Source of the DNA: Escherichia phage MLF4
Reading direction: 5' to 3' (one strand)
Length of the DNA stretch: 64,000 bases
Sequence record: NC_055780.1
In this document: piece after piece, positions 1 through 9,766 of the stretch
Layout: every line of letters starts with the position of its first letter
Position numbering within the stretch: the stretch's first letter is position 1
The notes under the pieces: model-generated
The model's input: the letters and a program-made list of their open reading frames with translations, nothing else
What the model was told of the DNA's origin: nothing
The model's database searches: none
Position numbers and translations under genes: made by a program

Positions 1-381
1 AATATTACAGGTGACCTCCAAGTTCGTTTTTATCGTGGCCTTTACGGCGGTAATATTGAAACTGAATTTATGTGTCTTTCTATCAACAATTGGGCAACAT
101 TCGTTGCCAAGGTGAAAGAATTCTTAGAATCTGAAACAGTCGAAACACCCGAAAAGGCTAAACTTCAATGGGCTAAAGATCGCGGTGCTAACATTATTAA
201 TCCAGTAGCTGCAAACTATACTACGACTTTGGATGTCAAGACTTCTTATGAAGATGGCGATGTCGTACTTGTTCGCCAAAATGATGATTCTCGAGCACAT
301 ATTGTCACATTTACCAAAGACGAAGCTATTGCGCTAAAGACTTATCTTGATTCTGTCATTCCAACTATGATTTCAAAGTGA
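1..381 (+). CDS. hypothetical protein, probably 5-prime truncated by window edge
   Basis: Frame is open from nt 1 (no stop before first ATG at 70); residues before and after that ATG align with the middle and C-terminus of the next ORF (NIETEF-MCL vs NIEDEVDTYMCVL; KTYLDSVIPTM vs IKYLTTVTPSM). Confidence 0.4.
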   Translation, partial: NITGDLQVRFYRGLYGGNIETEFMCLSINNWATFVAKVKEFLESETVETPEKAKLQWAKDRGANIINPVAANYTTTLDVKTSYEDGDVVLVRQNDDSRAHIVTFTKDEAIALKTYLDSVIPTMISK

Positions 382-387
382 GGAAAT

Positions 388-909
388 ATGTTTATTTCAA
401 GTGGAAGTGGTTTAATTCGTGTTGAATTTAAAAATGACATCTTTCTTATTCAAGGAGATGATATTATTAAAATGAGTTATGACGAAATCAAGAAAATTTG
501 TCATGCTCTTGAAAGTCATGGAAAAGTGAACGCTGTTATTGATATTGGCGATTTATGGGTGACACTTTATGAAGTATCCGAAGGATTTAACATTGAAGAT
601 GAAAATAACATTTTAGCTATTGATAAAAGAAGTGATTTGTTTGATGTATTAAAAGTTTATGAACAGTCAAATGGCGGAAGAAAAGCTGCATTGATTTATC
701 AAAAACCGCATTCATGTGGAACTGCTTCAATCATTTCAAATATTGAAGATGAAGTTGATACTTATATGTGTGTTTTAAAAGCTGGTGGTGACCGTCATCC
801 GGATTTTATTTCTATTCGTCAAAACAATGGAGAAATTTCATTATCAAAATCAGAAGCTGAAGCTATGATTAAGTATTTAACAACTGTTACGCCTTCAATG
901 AGAGGATAA
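388..909 (+). CDS. hypothetical protein (paralog of preceding ORF)
   Basis: 173-codon ORF, SD GAGGAAATATG, shared C-terminal motif with upstream ORF. Confidence 0.55.
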   Translation: MFISSGSGLIRVEFKNDIFLIQGDDIIKMSYDEIKKICHALESHGKVNAVIDIGDLWVTLYEVSEGFNIEDENNILAIDKRSDLFDVLKVYEQSNGGRKAALIYQKPHSCGTASIISNIEDEVDTYMCVLKAGGDRHPDFISIRQNNGEISLSKSEAEAMIKYLTTVTPSMRG

Positions 910-911
910 TT

Positions 912-1373
912 ATGATTATTAATGAAAACTCTTGGCACTATAAATTATTCAAATTGTTTAACGATGAATGGCAACGACCTAAGACACTATGCGCATATTT
1001 TTGGTCTATTGCCATTCCTACATTTTTCGTTTCTATTTTTGGATGTGCTATACTCGTAGGGCTAACAATTATTTGTGCAGAAAGCCTACAGCGTTGGATT
1101 ATTTTTGGTAGTTTATGGACTTTGCTTCCATCAGCATTTATACTTGCGCTTTTGGTTGTTTTACTTATTATCGGTTCATTTGTTATTCCTGCACATTTGC
1201 GTGAAAAATATAAAGATTATAAATGGAAAAAGGATTATGCTTTACACGTAGAAAATATTGATAGGGCGTATAAAGGTTTACCTCCTATTCAACCCAAGAA
1301 ATCTATTATCGTCGAATTTTTAAAAGCCCGTAAAGCTAAAGTATGTCCTGTTATTGAATATAAGGCTGAATGA
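912..1373 (+). CDS. hypothetical membrane protein
   Basis: 153-codon ORF with two or three long hydrophobic segments; start overlaps upstream stop (TAATTATG). Confidence 0.5.
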   Translation: MIINENSWHYKLFKLFNDEWQRPKTLCAYFWSIAIPTFFVSIFGCAILVGLTIICAESLQRWIIFGSLWTLLPSAFILALLVVLLIIGSFVIPAHLREKYKDYKWKKDYALHVENIDRAYKGLPPIQPKKSIIVEFLKARKAKVCPVIEYKAE

Positions 1374-2383
1374 TGAAAACAGTAATGAAAAGCTATTTTG
1401 GTAGTCATCTTTATGGAACTTCTACTCCAGAATCTGATGTAGATTTTAAAGAAATCTTTGTTCCTCCTGCTCGCGATATTCTTATCGGAAATGTCAAAGA
1501 GCACATGAGTAAAAACACTAACAATACATCATCTAAAAACACTAAAGATGATATTGACCATGAACTATACAGTCTTAAATATTTCTTTAAATTAGCAGCA
1601 GATGGTGAAACCGTAGCATTGGATATGCTTCACACTCCACCTGAACTAGTGGTTAAATCCGATTTGCCTGATGTGTGGAAGTTTATTCAAGACAACCGTT
1701 CTCGTTTTTATACGACTAACATGAAATCATATTTAGGATATGTCCGCAAGCAAGCTTCTAAATACGGCGTCAAGGGTTCTCGTTTGGCTGCATTACGTGA
1801 TGTATTGAAAGTAGTTAATCAAATCCCTGAGCAATGGGTTGATTACCAAGAAGACGGTTCCATTAAGCAGCGTCGTACTAAAGTTGAAGATATTAAGCAT
1901 CGTCTTCCAGAAAACGAATTCTGTGAATGGGTGTTCCATAATCATGAGAAAACAGGCCCACAAACGTTCTACACTGTGTTGGGTCGTAAATATCAGACAA
2001 CGCTTTCTCTTATTGAGCTTAAGCAGTCACTGAACAAATTAGATGCTGAATACGGTGAACGTGCTCGTAAGGCCGAAGCCAATGAAGGCATTGATTGGAA
2101 AGCACTAAGTCATGCTTGTCGTGGTGGACTCCAACTATTGGAAATTTACAAAACTGGTGACTTAGTCTATCCACTTCAAGATGCTCCATTTATTCTCGAC
2201 GTGAAGTTGGGTAAACATCCATTTAAAACAGTTCAAGAGTTTTTGGAAGATGTGGTCGATCAAGTAGAAGCAGCATCTACTGAAGCTTCTAAGAACGGTA
2301 TGCCTAAAACAGTAGACATGAGTTTCTGGGATGACTTCCTTGAGAAGGTCTATCTTGAAAACCACCGAAGTTATTATAAATGA
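1370..2383 (+). CDS. putative Pol-beta-superfamily nucleotidyltransferase
   Basis: 337 codons; N-terminal GSHLYGTSTPESDVDF matches the G[SG]x(9-13)DxD nucleotidyltransferase signature; ATGA overlap with upstream stop. Confidence 0.55.
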   Translation: MMKTVMKSYFGSHLYGTSTPESDVDFKEIFVPPARDILIGNVKEHMSKNTNNTSSKNTKDDIDHELYSLKYFFKLAADGETVALDMLHTPPELVVKSDLPDVWKFIQDNRSRFYTTNMKSYLGYVRKQASKYGVKGSRLAALRDVLKVVNQIPEQWVDYQEDGSIKQRRTKVEDIKHRLPENEFCEWVFHNHEKTGPQTFYTVLGRKYQTTLSLIELKQSLNKLDAEYGERARKAEANEGIDWKALSHACRGGLQLLEIYKTGDLVYPLQDAPFILDVKLGKHPFKTVQEFLEDVVDQVEAASTEASKNGMPKTVDMSFWDDFLEKVYLENHRSYYK

Positions 2384-2385
2384 TA

Positions 2386-2410
2386 GGGAGCCTTCGGGCT
2401 CCCTTTTTTA
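2386..2410 (+). terminator. intrinsic terminator (GGGAGCC-TTCG-GGCTCCC + T-run)
   Basis: Perfect 7-bp GC stem with UUCG loop followed by TTTTTTATTT directly after stop at 2383. Confidence 0.7.
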
Positions 2411-2433
2411 TTTCAAAAATTTTTCACAAAACT

Positions 2434-2463
2434 GTTTACAAGCATAAAGCTTTATGGTACTAT
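2434..2463 (+). promoter_or_regulatory. T4-type early promoter
   Basis: GTTTACA, 17-bp spacer, TGGTACTAT extended -10; A/T-rich upstream tract. Confidence 0.6.
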
Positions 2464-2501
2464 ACAACTATCAAAACAAATGAGTAAATTGGAGATACAA
2501 A

Positions 2502-2702
2502 ATGACTACTTTGAATAAACGTTTCGGTAAAGCTAAATCTGGGTGTGCAGCTGAACGTCGTTATGTTTTCGCTCAGTTAGAAGATGTAGAGTATCAGATT
2601 AATCAAGTTCACATTACTGGTATCGAGCCTATGTGTGGCCTTGAAGCTCTTCGTGAAGTTCGTGACGGGTATCGTCGTGACATCGAAGAAATGTCAAAAT
2701 AA
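2502..2702 (+). CDS. hypothetical protein (66 aa)
   Basis: ORF directly downstream of early promoter; SD GGAGATACAAAATG. Confidence 0.45.
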   Translation: MTTLNKRFGKAKSGCAAERRYVFAQLEDVEYQINQVHITGIEPMCGLEALREVRDGYRRDIEEMSK

Positions 2703-2759
2703 GTATACAAACTGATAGGACTATGTTATAGTAGTCCTATCAAATCAAAGGAGAATAAA

Positions 2760-3728
2760 ATGAAAACTGTAACTATCAATAAGGGTATTTACTTCGGTAA
2801 AGAAATCTCTGGAACTTTTGAGCTCTTAGGCGAATGGTTCCCAGATAATGCTCCGGTAGATGCACAAGGAGATGGTAAAGTTTTTGTTGAAATTGACGGT
2901 AAACGTCGCGGTGTTTGGGTTTACAAATCAGACATTTCATATGATGGTGTAAAAGTTGAAGAAGTTAAAGAATCGTATGAAGATATGAAAACCCGCATTA
3001 ATAAAAGATTTAATGTTATGGGAATGATGACGAATGGTATTATTAACGGAAACATTCGTTCATTAATTATCTCTGGTGCAGCAGGTATTGGTAAAACGTA
3101 TTCTTTAGATAAAGCTTTAAATAAAGCAAATGATATTGGATACATTGAATATAAAAGCATTAATGGTAAAATCTCTGGTATTGGTCTTTATGAGCAGCTT
3201 TGGAATAATCGTGAAGAGAATTCTGTCCTTTTGATTGATGATGTGGATGTTTTCTCTGATATGGACATTCTTAATCTTCTGAAAGCTGCTCTGGACACTG
3301 GAGAGACCCGTAAAGTCTGCTGGAGCACCGCATCTTCTTACTTAGAAGAAAAAGGCATTGAGCGTGAGTTTGAATTTAAAGGAACGATTGTTTTTATCAC
3401 AAACGTTGACATTGACCGCGAATTAGACCGTGGTACTAAACTTGCTCCACATTTACAAGCATTAGTGTCCCGCTCAGTTTATTTGGATTTGGGTGTTCAC
3501 ACTAATGAAGAAATTATGGTCAGGGTTGAAGATGTTATTCTTTCAACTGACATGATGCAAAAGCGCGGTCTTTCTGATGAAGAAACTTATAAAGCATTAT
3601 CATGGATGAAAGTCAATGTTAATCGTTTACGCAATGTTTCACTGCGTACTGCTCTTTATCTTGCTGACTTTATTATGACCGACAAAAACGGTTGGGAAGA
3701 AATCGCTGAGGTTACTCTTCTGAAATAA
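2760..3728 (+). CDS. putative P-loop NTPase
   Basis: 322 codons; Walker A GAAGIGKTYS and Walker B-like LLIDDVDVF; SD AAGGAGAATAAAATG. Confidence 0.6.
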   Translation: MKTVTINKGIYFGKEISGTFELLGEWFPDNAPVDAQGDGKVFVEIDGKRRGVWVYKSDISYDGVKVEEVKESYEDMKTRINKRFNVMGMMTNGIINGNIRSLIISGAAGIGKTYSLDKALNKANDIGYIEYKSINGKISGIGLYEQLWNNREENSVLLIDDVDVFSDMDILNLLKAALDTGETRKVCWSTASSYLEEKGIEREFEFKGTIVFITNVDIDRELDRGTKLAPHLQALVSRSVYLDLGVHTNEEIMVRVEDVILSTDMMQKRGLSDEETYKALSWMKVNVNRLRNVSLRTALYLADFIMTDKNGWEEIAEVTLLK

Positions 3729-3817
3729 TTCATAAGAGGACTTCTATGACAAAAAGGCAGTTCAGAAATAGATTATATGGACTGCCATCAAAAAGATGAC
3801 TAGAATTAAACTGGTAA

Positions 3818-4132
3818 ATGGAGGTAATGATGTTATACTCAAAGGCTCGTGAAATTTACGAAACTAAAATTAAAGAAGCTGTATTTCAATTCGCAACGAC
3901 AATGCGATGGACAAATGACTGGGAGTATTCAAAAAATCATAAGAAGCCCTTGGTGACAAGAAAGGCTCATATGTTAGTGTTAATAGACCGTGAGCAGATT
4001 AAAGCCCGAGAAGCCCTCCAGAATCATAAAAAGGCTGCCTTTGAATGGTTTATGGATAACACTGCTCCTGAGACTAAGAAAGCAGTGAGCGCGTGGTTCA
4101 GTGGAAAAAATTGTGAAAGAAGTTTCTTTTAG
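3818..4132 (+). CDS. hypothetical protein
   Basis: 104-codon ORF; true start may be ATG at 3827 or 3830 (SD GGAGGT at about 3821). Confidence 0.4.
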   Translation: MEVMMLYSKAREIYETKIKEAVFQFATTMRWTNDWEYSKNHKKPLVTRKAHMLVLIDREQIKAREALQNHKKAAFEWFMDNTAPETKKAVSAWFSGKNCERSFF

Positions 4133-4134
4133 TG

Positions 4135-4164
4135 GTTTACAAGACTGTTCCTCTGTGGTACTAT
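4135..4164 (+). promoter_or_regulatory. T4-type early promoter
   Basis: GTTTACA + 17 bp + TGGTACTAT, followed by conserved leader ATCAACTACGGAGGAACAGAAAATG. Confidence 0.65.
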
Positions 4165-4192
4165 ACAACTATCAACTACGGAGGAACAGAAA

Positions 4193-4720
4193 ATGAATGC
4201 TAAAGATATTTTCAACTTGGTAAATTACAACGATGGTAAATTTAAATCTGAAGCACAAAGCAAGTTCTTTAATGACATCTCAATTGGAGGTGAAATCACG
4301 GTTGATGGAGGACAAATTTATAAATCTCGTTGGAATTGGATTGTTATCATCGATGAGATTGGTATTGTAGAAATTTACAAAAATACGAATAAAAATCGTA
4401 CATTACACTGGTCTCGTGATACTAACGAACAGTACAAAAAGGATAAAGCATCTAAGTTATCTCGTGTAACTCAAGAAGATATTGAGTTCATCAAGAAAGA
4501 TATTTTGATGTATGATAACTTAATTGCTGAAGAGCAAGCTGTTATTGATAAATTTGATGAGATTAAAGCTTCTCGTGAAATTCCTGATTTTATGAAAGAA
4601 TCAGTAAATGAACGATACACTCTCATTTCAGAGCGTATTAAAACTTACAAAAAGCAAAGAGCTGAACGCCAGAATACTCTTCGGAAGTTTGAAGAACGGT
4701 TAAAGACGGTACTCGCATAA
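4193..4720 (+). CDS. hypothetical protein (175 aa)
   Basis: ORF with strong SD GGAGGAACAGAAAATG immediately after early promoter. Confidence 0.55.
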   Translation: MNAKDIFNLVNYNDGKFKSEAQSKFFNDISIGGEITVDGGQIYKSRWNWIVIIDEIGIVEIYKNTNKNRTLHWSRDTNEQYKKDKASKLSRVTQEDIEFIKKDILMYDNLIAEEQAVIDKFDEIKASREIPDFMKESVNERYTLISERIKTYKKQRAERQNTLRKFEERLKTVLA

Positions 4721-4775
4721 CCGCTTTATACCAAGGATGGTATAATGGTTCTAAGCCCTTTTAATTGAGATTATT

Positions 4776-5183
4776 ATGAAACAGTTGATAATTAAAAGAT
4801 TGAATTTATTGATATGTTGTTTATGTATAGTAATTGCATATGGTTATTACGCAATTAATGATTATATGCATTATAAAGATTATGATGTTACTGTAGTTAA
4901 TACCCTTACAGGAACTCAAGGAAAGGGGTCTAGTTTATCGTTTATTGCCGTATATGAACTCAAAGACGGTTATAGATTTAGTGAATATATTTCCCCAGAG
5001 ATGTATTCATCAATAGAAAAAGGCGATAATATTACTGTAAGTTTACGTCCTTTCGACGTAAAACAGACATTGTTTGATAATATTGTTTGGTTCTTTGGAA
5101 TGGTATTAGTTCAATCTGTGTGTGGTGCTTATATAGTCTTTTCCATCATATTCTGTATATTTAGTAAAATTGAAATTGAGTGA
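4776..5183 (+). CDS. hypothetical membrane protein (135 aa)
   Basis: N-terminal and C-terminal hydrophobic segments. Confidence 0.45.
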   Translation: MKQLIIKRLNLLICCLCIVIAYGYYAINDYMHYKDYDVTVVNTLTGTQGKGSSLSFIAVYELKDGYRFSEYISPEMYSSIEKGDNITVSLRPFDVKQTLFDNIVWFFGMVLVQSVCGAYIVFSIIFCIFSKIEIE

Positions 5184-5190
5184 GGAAAAT

Positions 5191-6078
5191 ATGTCAGTAG
5201 TAATTAATAATGTCAATACAGTAATTAAATCTTTAGTTAATAAAAAAATGAATGAATGGACTGTACTTCGTCGTGGAGAGCCAGATAAATTTTTTCATAG
5301 ATTTAACCCAACTTTGGATTTGAATGTTATTGACAGAGATGTTCATGCAGAAATTTTAGATAAGTTTAAAGTTGATATTGGATTTGGATTAGAAAAACAT
5401 TTGCAGCGAACAAACGGGTCTGGAATGGGTTTATCTAATCGCATTATGAAAGCCCTTAATAAAATTGGAGCATTGTCTCGTATTAACGCGAGTGAAATTC
5501 TTCGCAATTATAATAAAGGCTATGATCTTTATGGTCGACTAATGCCGAAATTATCATTTGACCAAATGATCGCAGATTTGTGGGAAAATCAACGACGATT
5601 ATTAGCATTAGGCGCTCGATTAGCTAAAGGTCTAGATAAACAAATGATTTTTAAGACCAATAATACAGAAGACCTTAAATGCTTTAAATTTAGTATTCGC
5701 GGAGATGATTATTATGTCAGAGCTCGCTCTACAGATTATGTTAATATGGGGCATCATCTCTGTTTAGCTTTTGAAGTTTTAAAAGAAGCCGGAACATTAG
5801 AATATGTGTCTGGTGCTAAATGCCCGATTGGTTCAAGTTGTATTTTAATTTATCGCCCGGATGAATCCAGTTTAACTAAATTGCCTACAAAACCTGTACC
5901 AGTTCGCAGTAATGAAAAACATTCTGAGCAAATTGATTATTTTAATAAGCAAATTGAAGAGCTGAATATTTCTATTCAACAGTATGACGATGAAATTTTC
6001 AGACTATCTGGATTGAGTAGTAAAGCTAAATCTGAGCGTGAAAAATTAATTAAAATTGTTGATTTACTTAAATCTTAA
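5191..6078 (+). CDS. hypothetical protein with C-terminal coiled coil (family member 1 of 4)
   Basis: Start placed at ATG after SD TGAGGAAAATATG (track start 5170 is an in-frame TTG); C-terminal heptad-like region. Confidence 0.5.
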   Translation: MSVVINNVNTVIKSLVNKKMNEWTVLRRGEPDKFFHRFNPTLDLNVIDRDVHAEILDKFKVDIGFGLEKHLQRTNGSGMGLSNRIMKALNKIGALSRINASEILRNYNKGYDLYGRLMPKLSFDQMIADLWENQRRLLALGARLAKGLDKQMIFKTNNTEDLKCFKFSIRGDDYYVRARSTDYVNMGHHLCLAFEVLKEAGTLEYVSGAKCPIGSSCILIYRPDESSLTKLPTKPVPVRSNEKHSEQIDYFNKQIEELNISIQQYDDEIFRLSGLSSKAKSEREKLIKIVDLLKS

Positions 6079-6086
6079 GGAACACT

Positions 6087-7091
6087 ATGAAAACTCGTTC
6101 TCAAATTGAAGATATGGTTCGTAATGCCAGCTATACTCGTGATGTTATGACATTTTTGTGCCAAAATAATTTAGACCCTGATAAAGTTAATCGTGATATT
6201 CACTTTAAATATATGAATAGCAGTGAATGGTTACGTCATTTTAGTAAAGCGGGGTATATTACACAAATGACTGCTCGTGAGCAGCTCACCGATTTCTGTA
6301 AAACTATTGATTATAAAAATCCTCTGTTTGTTCAAGGTGTTGGTCAGAGTAAGGTCGATTTATCATCTGGATTTTTTAATCCAAATCATTATCGTATTGA
6401 ATGGAGATTTATTGCTCTATTTCGTAAACAATTAAAGCAAATTTTGTCTACTGCTAGTCGATTAAAAGGCTCTGATATTAACTTAAAGAATCTGAAATTT
6501 GATGGTTATACTCTTCAGATGGAAGTAAGACCATTAAAAGAAAATAATAGAACTGCACGAATTAGCTTTAAACCTAGTACTAAAAATTCTCTTTCAATTT
6601 GTGAATGTCTTAAATCACAGCTGACAGAAGCATTTAAGTATATGGATGTTGTTGCCGCTGTTCAATCTAAGATTTCGCAGCATTTCGAACGATTTAAATT
6701 AGATACGACAACATATGAACTTGATATGATCGTTTCATTTAAATATGATTTTTTGAGAAAGGACGAAGTTACACAAGAGAAAAAACCTGAACCCCAAACT
6801 AATTACTCATCAAACGATCCTAAATTTTGGATGTATAGTTCAGGTAATAAAGATGCATGGAAATTTAATAAAGTGAATTTTCTTCCTATTGAAAATCCGA
6901 GTCTTAAACCTGTTGAAAAATGGCACGCGGATGCGATTGAGAAGTCTCTTAAGGCAGTAGATGATGAACTCGTTAAAGCAACTAATGAAGTGTTAGAAGC
7001 TGAAAAGATGCTAGAAAAAGCTCAAGAAAAAGTAAAAAATCTCACGAAGCAACGTTCTAAATTGAACAACGCACTAAATGCACTAAACTAG
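6087..7091 (+). CDS. hypothetical protein with C-terminal coiled coil (member 2)
   Basis: 334 codons; SD AAGGAACACTATG; starts MKTR like member 4; C-terminal EKAQEKVKNLTKQRSKLNNALNALN. Confidence 0.5.
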   Translation: MKTRSQIEDMVRNASYTRDVMTFLCQNNLDPDKVNRDIHFKYMNSSEWLRHFSKAGYITQMTAREQLTDFCKTIDYKNPLFVQGVGQSKVDLSSGFFNPNHYRIEWRFIALFRKQLKQILSTASRLKGSDINLKNLKFDGYTLQMEVRPLKENNRTARISFKPSTKNSLSICECLKSQLTEAFKYMDVVAAVQSKISQHFERFKLDTTTYELDMIVSFKYDFLRKDEVTQEKKPEPQTNYSSNDPKFWMYSSGNKDAWKFNKVNFLPIENPSLKPVEKWHADAIEKSLKAVDDELVKATNEVLEAEKMLEKAQEKVKNLTKQRSKLNNALNALN

Positions 7092-7120
7092 TTTACTTCG
7101 CCACAAGGATGTGGTATAAT
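7091..7120 (+). promoter_or_regulatory. T4-type early promoter
   Basis: GTTTACTTCGCCACAAGGATGTGGTATAAT, near-identical to the element at 52107. Confidence 0.6.
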
Positions 7121-7148
7121 GTTCTTACTTTCTACTGAGGAGATTAAT

Positions 7149-8150
7149 ATGACTCGCAACGAATATATTAAATCGTTCAACAGCGTTATTGATGATAAAG
7201 TTAAACCTATGTTTAGTCAGAATAGTGTGATTTCTATTATCAATCAATGGCTCAATAATACTGATGCAAGTATTGTTTCTTCCAGCAAATTTATTCATGA
7301 AGTTCATAAAATTTCTAGTCGTGCAGATAAAGATGATATTAAGGAAACCTTTAAAGGGTCTCGTCTTCTTTCATACTTAGTCAACAGAGATATTCTTAGT
7401 AAATTTGGGAAAGAAATTAAACGAACTAAAGATGTAGTAGGATATAATTGGTTTGGTGATGTTAATTCTTATCATCTTAATAATAAAGAAGACCCTGAGA
7501 ATATTTTTACTCGTCGTTGGATTAGTAATTTCAGACTTTTCAAAGGACAAATTCTAAAATCAGCTTCTAAATTATGTTATGGCGATTATCGTCAAATTCA
7601 TCCTTTGGCTTCTGATATGATTATCGTAAAAGAATATGAGCTTGATGAAAATAAAGTAGCTATTTTTGTGAATTATGGATTTTTTACACCAAACGCTAAT
7701 CAAAAGAATATTAATAAATTTTTCTCAATTGCTAGCACTATAACTTATCAATTAGAGGCGGTTTTGGGCTGTATGGAAACAGTAGAAAATATTCATACAT
7801 ATCCTTTTAAGAATATATGCGGTTGGGAAGGATATAAAATTGTAGTTAGTCTCCGTGAAGTAAAGTGCGCGTACTCACCGACTGATAAAGAAATTTATCA
7901 TCAAAAATGTGATGAAATTGTGAATACTCCTAAAGAAGAAACTACACTTGAGGAACTAATGGAATGTCTTGATGATTCACCTGAACCGGTAGAAATTCGT
8001 CCAGAAGTTATTGCATTAGAAAAAGCTTATAAGGAAGCTCTAGAAATTTCTAATAAAGCACAGAAAGAATATGAGAAGGCTAAAAGGATTTGGGAAGAAT
8101 CTGTTAATCGCCTTGATCGCTTAGAACAGGCTTTACAGTTAATTAAGTAA
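7149..8150 (+). CDS. hypothetical protein with C-terminal coiled coil (member 3)
   Basis: Start at ATG after SD GAGGAGATTAATATG (track start 7119 lies inside the -10 element). Confidence 0.5.
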   Translation: MTRNEYIKSFNSVIDDKVKPMFSQNSVISIINQWLNNTDASIVSSSKFIHEVHKISSRADKDDIKETFKGSRLLSYLVNRDILSKFGKEIKRTKDVVGYNWFGDVNSYHLNNKEDPENIFTRRWISNFRLFKGQILKSASKLCYGDYRQIHPLASDMIIVKEYELDENKVAIFVNYGFFTPNANQKNINKFFSIASTITYQLEAVLGCMETVENIHTYPFKNICGWEGYKIVVSLREVKCAYSPTDKEIYHQKCDEIVNTPKEETTLEELMECLDDSPEPVEIRPEVIALEKAYKEALEISNKAQKEYEKAKRIWEESVNRLDRLEQALQLIK

Positions 8151-8204
8151 AATTTAAAGCCAAGGATGGCTCGGAGTATAAATCATTAACCAAGTGAGAA
8201 GAAC

Positions 8205-9134
8205 ATGAAAACTCGTAAACATTATATTGATTATTTTGACAGTCTTATTACTAAACATCGTAATTATCAGATCGGACACAGAGCAGTAATCAATAATATT
8301 CTTCGTGATTTCCTTCAATATGTTGGCCAGGAAAATTATATCTGTAAAGATACTCAAAACGCTTATTCTCATTCGTTAGGTAATTTGCTTGAATGGTTTA
8401 AACGTTCTCGTATGTTATCTTCTACTGTAGCTCGCGATAACATTAAAAACTTTATGAAGCCGAGCTTTATTAAATCTGAGACATCTATAACTGATTTGGT
8501 TGAATTTACTATTGTTAACGATGTTAAAAAGACTCATTTGGCTGATTGGTTATCTACCATTCCTGAAACTAAATTTGCTGATAAATTTGCTTGTCAATTC
8601 AATGACCAAGTGAATATGCTTTTTAAGCATGCTCGCAAACTGTTTACCGCGGGTGATGACCGTACAAATACAGTTCATGTTAAGGACTGGGTTATTGCTG
8701 ATGAAGTAACACACAAGCCAGGTGGTTCATCAGTATTAATTAATATCCAGGTTCCTTATTATTACTCACGTAATCTCGGCACCATGACAGCTAAAGAAAT
8801 TAATAAGCACAACAAAACTATTCGTTCGTTGTCTTATAAACTCCGCATGATGTTAAAAATCATGGACGTAGTAGAAATGTATGACGAAACCGAAGATAAT
8901 GGTTCAATGTTATACAGTTCACGTATTCTAATTAAACTGAAGAACCCTAATACATATAAGACAGTTGTAAAAGAGCCTAAAGCAGAAAAGATTGATAACA
9001 TGAGTGAAGAACGTGAATACCTCAAATCTCGACTGGTTGAAGTTGAATCCCAGATTGCCGAACACACCAAATTGTTAAAAGCTCTTAATGCAAAAGCAAA
9101 TGGTTTACGTAATGCTATTGAGGTATTGAAATGA
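8205..9134 (+). CDS. hypothetical protein with C-terminal coiled coil (member 4)
   Basis: 309 codons; C-terminal heptad-like sequence. Confidence 0.5.
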   Translation: MKTRKHYIDYFDSLITKHRNYQIGHRAVINNILRDFLQYVGQENYICKDTQNAYSHSLGNLLEWFKRSRMLSSTVARDNIKNFMKPSFIKSETSITDLVEFTIVNDVKKTHLADWLSTIPETKFADKFACQFNDQVNMLFKHARKLFTAGDDRTNTVHVKDWVIADEVTHKPGGSSVLINIQVPYYYSRNLGTMTAKEINKHNKTIRSLSYKLRMMLKIMDVVEMYDETEDNGSMLYSSRILIKLKNPNTYKTVVKEPKAEKIDNMSEEREYLKSRLVEVESQIAEHTKLLKALNAKANGLRNAIEVLK

Positions 9135-9520
9135 AAAAGCGTTTATTAGAAGACATTGCAGCTTCAAGTAATTCCAGTTTAATTAAAATTATTATGGCTG
9201 GTGAGGAAGATGATATGGAAATGCGTGGAAAGATTCACGGCTGCGACGATTTAGATTTTAAACCTCCAGCATGGGATGCTATTATGGCTATGGTTGAACG
9301 ACGTGAAAGAGCTTCTAAAAACGTTCCTAATTGCCCTGAATGCGGTACTGAACAAGTTCAGTTGATTAACTGGCGTAAACCAGAGCTTGAATATAAATGC
9401 CGTCAATGTAAACATAAATTCAGTAAGCATGCTCCGGAAATGGTTAAATTGCCTGACTCTACTGAGTTCTTTAAAGAACTTGTGAGTGTTCAACCAATGC
9501 CTAATAATATTTTGGATTAA
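9131..9520 (+). CDS. hypothetical zinc-ribbon protein
   Basis: CPECG...17 aa...CRQCKHKF four-cysteine motif; ATGA overlap with upstream stop. Confidence 0.5.
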   Translation: MKKRLLEDIAASSNSSLIKIIMAGEEDDMEMRGKIHGCDDLDFKPPAWDAIMAMVERRERASKNVPNCPECGTEQVQLINWRKPELEYKCRQCKHKFSKHAPEMVKLPDSTEFFKELVSVQPMPNNILD

Positions 9521-9522
9521 AA

Positions 9523-9765
9523 ATGACCAAGCGTAAAGAATATATGGAGGCTGCTGAAAAGGCAGTCCGTGAATTAGCAATAGCTTATTATAATGAACAC
9601 GGTAAATTTCCTGATAGATACAGCGTGCTTAAATCTGCTTTAACTCGTTCATATAAAAATATGCTATCAGAAGTAAGTGATATTATATACAAACATAAAG
9701 AACAAACGGGCCAAAGTCTTGATTACGACGAGACTTTTAAACAAGTACTAGGAATTAAGGAATAA
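9523..9765 (+). CDS. hypothetical protein (80 aa)
   Basis: Compact ORF tightly packed between neighbours. Confidence 0.45.
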   Translation: MTKRKEYMEAAEKAVRELAIAYYNEHGKFPDRYSVLKSALTRSYKNMLSEVSDIIYKHKEQTGQSLDYDETFKQVLGIKE

Positions 9766-9766
9766 T

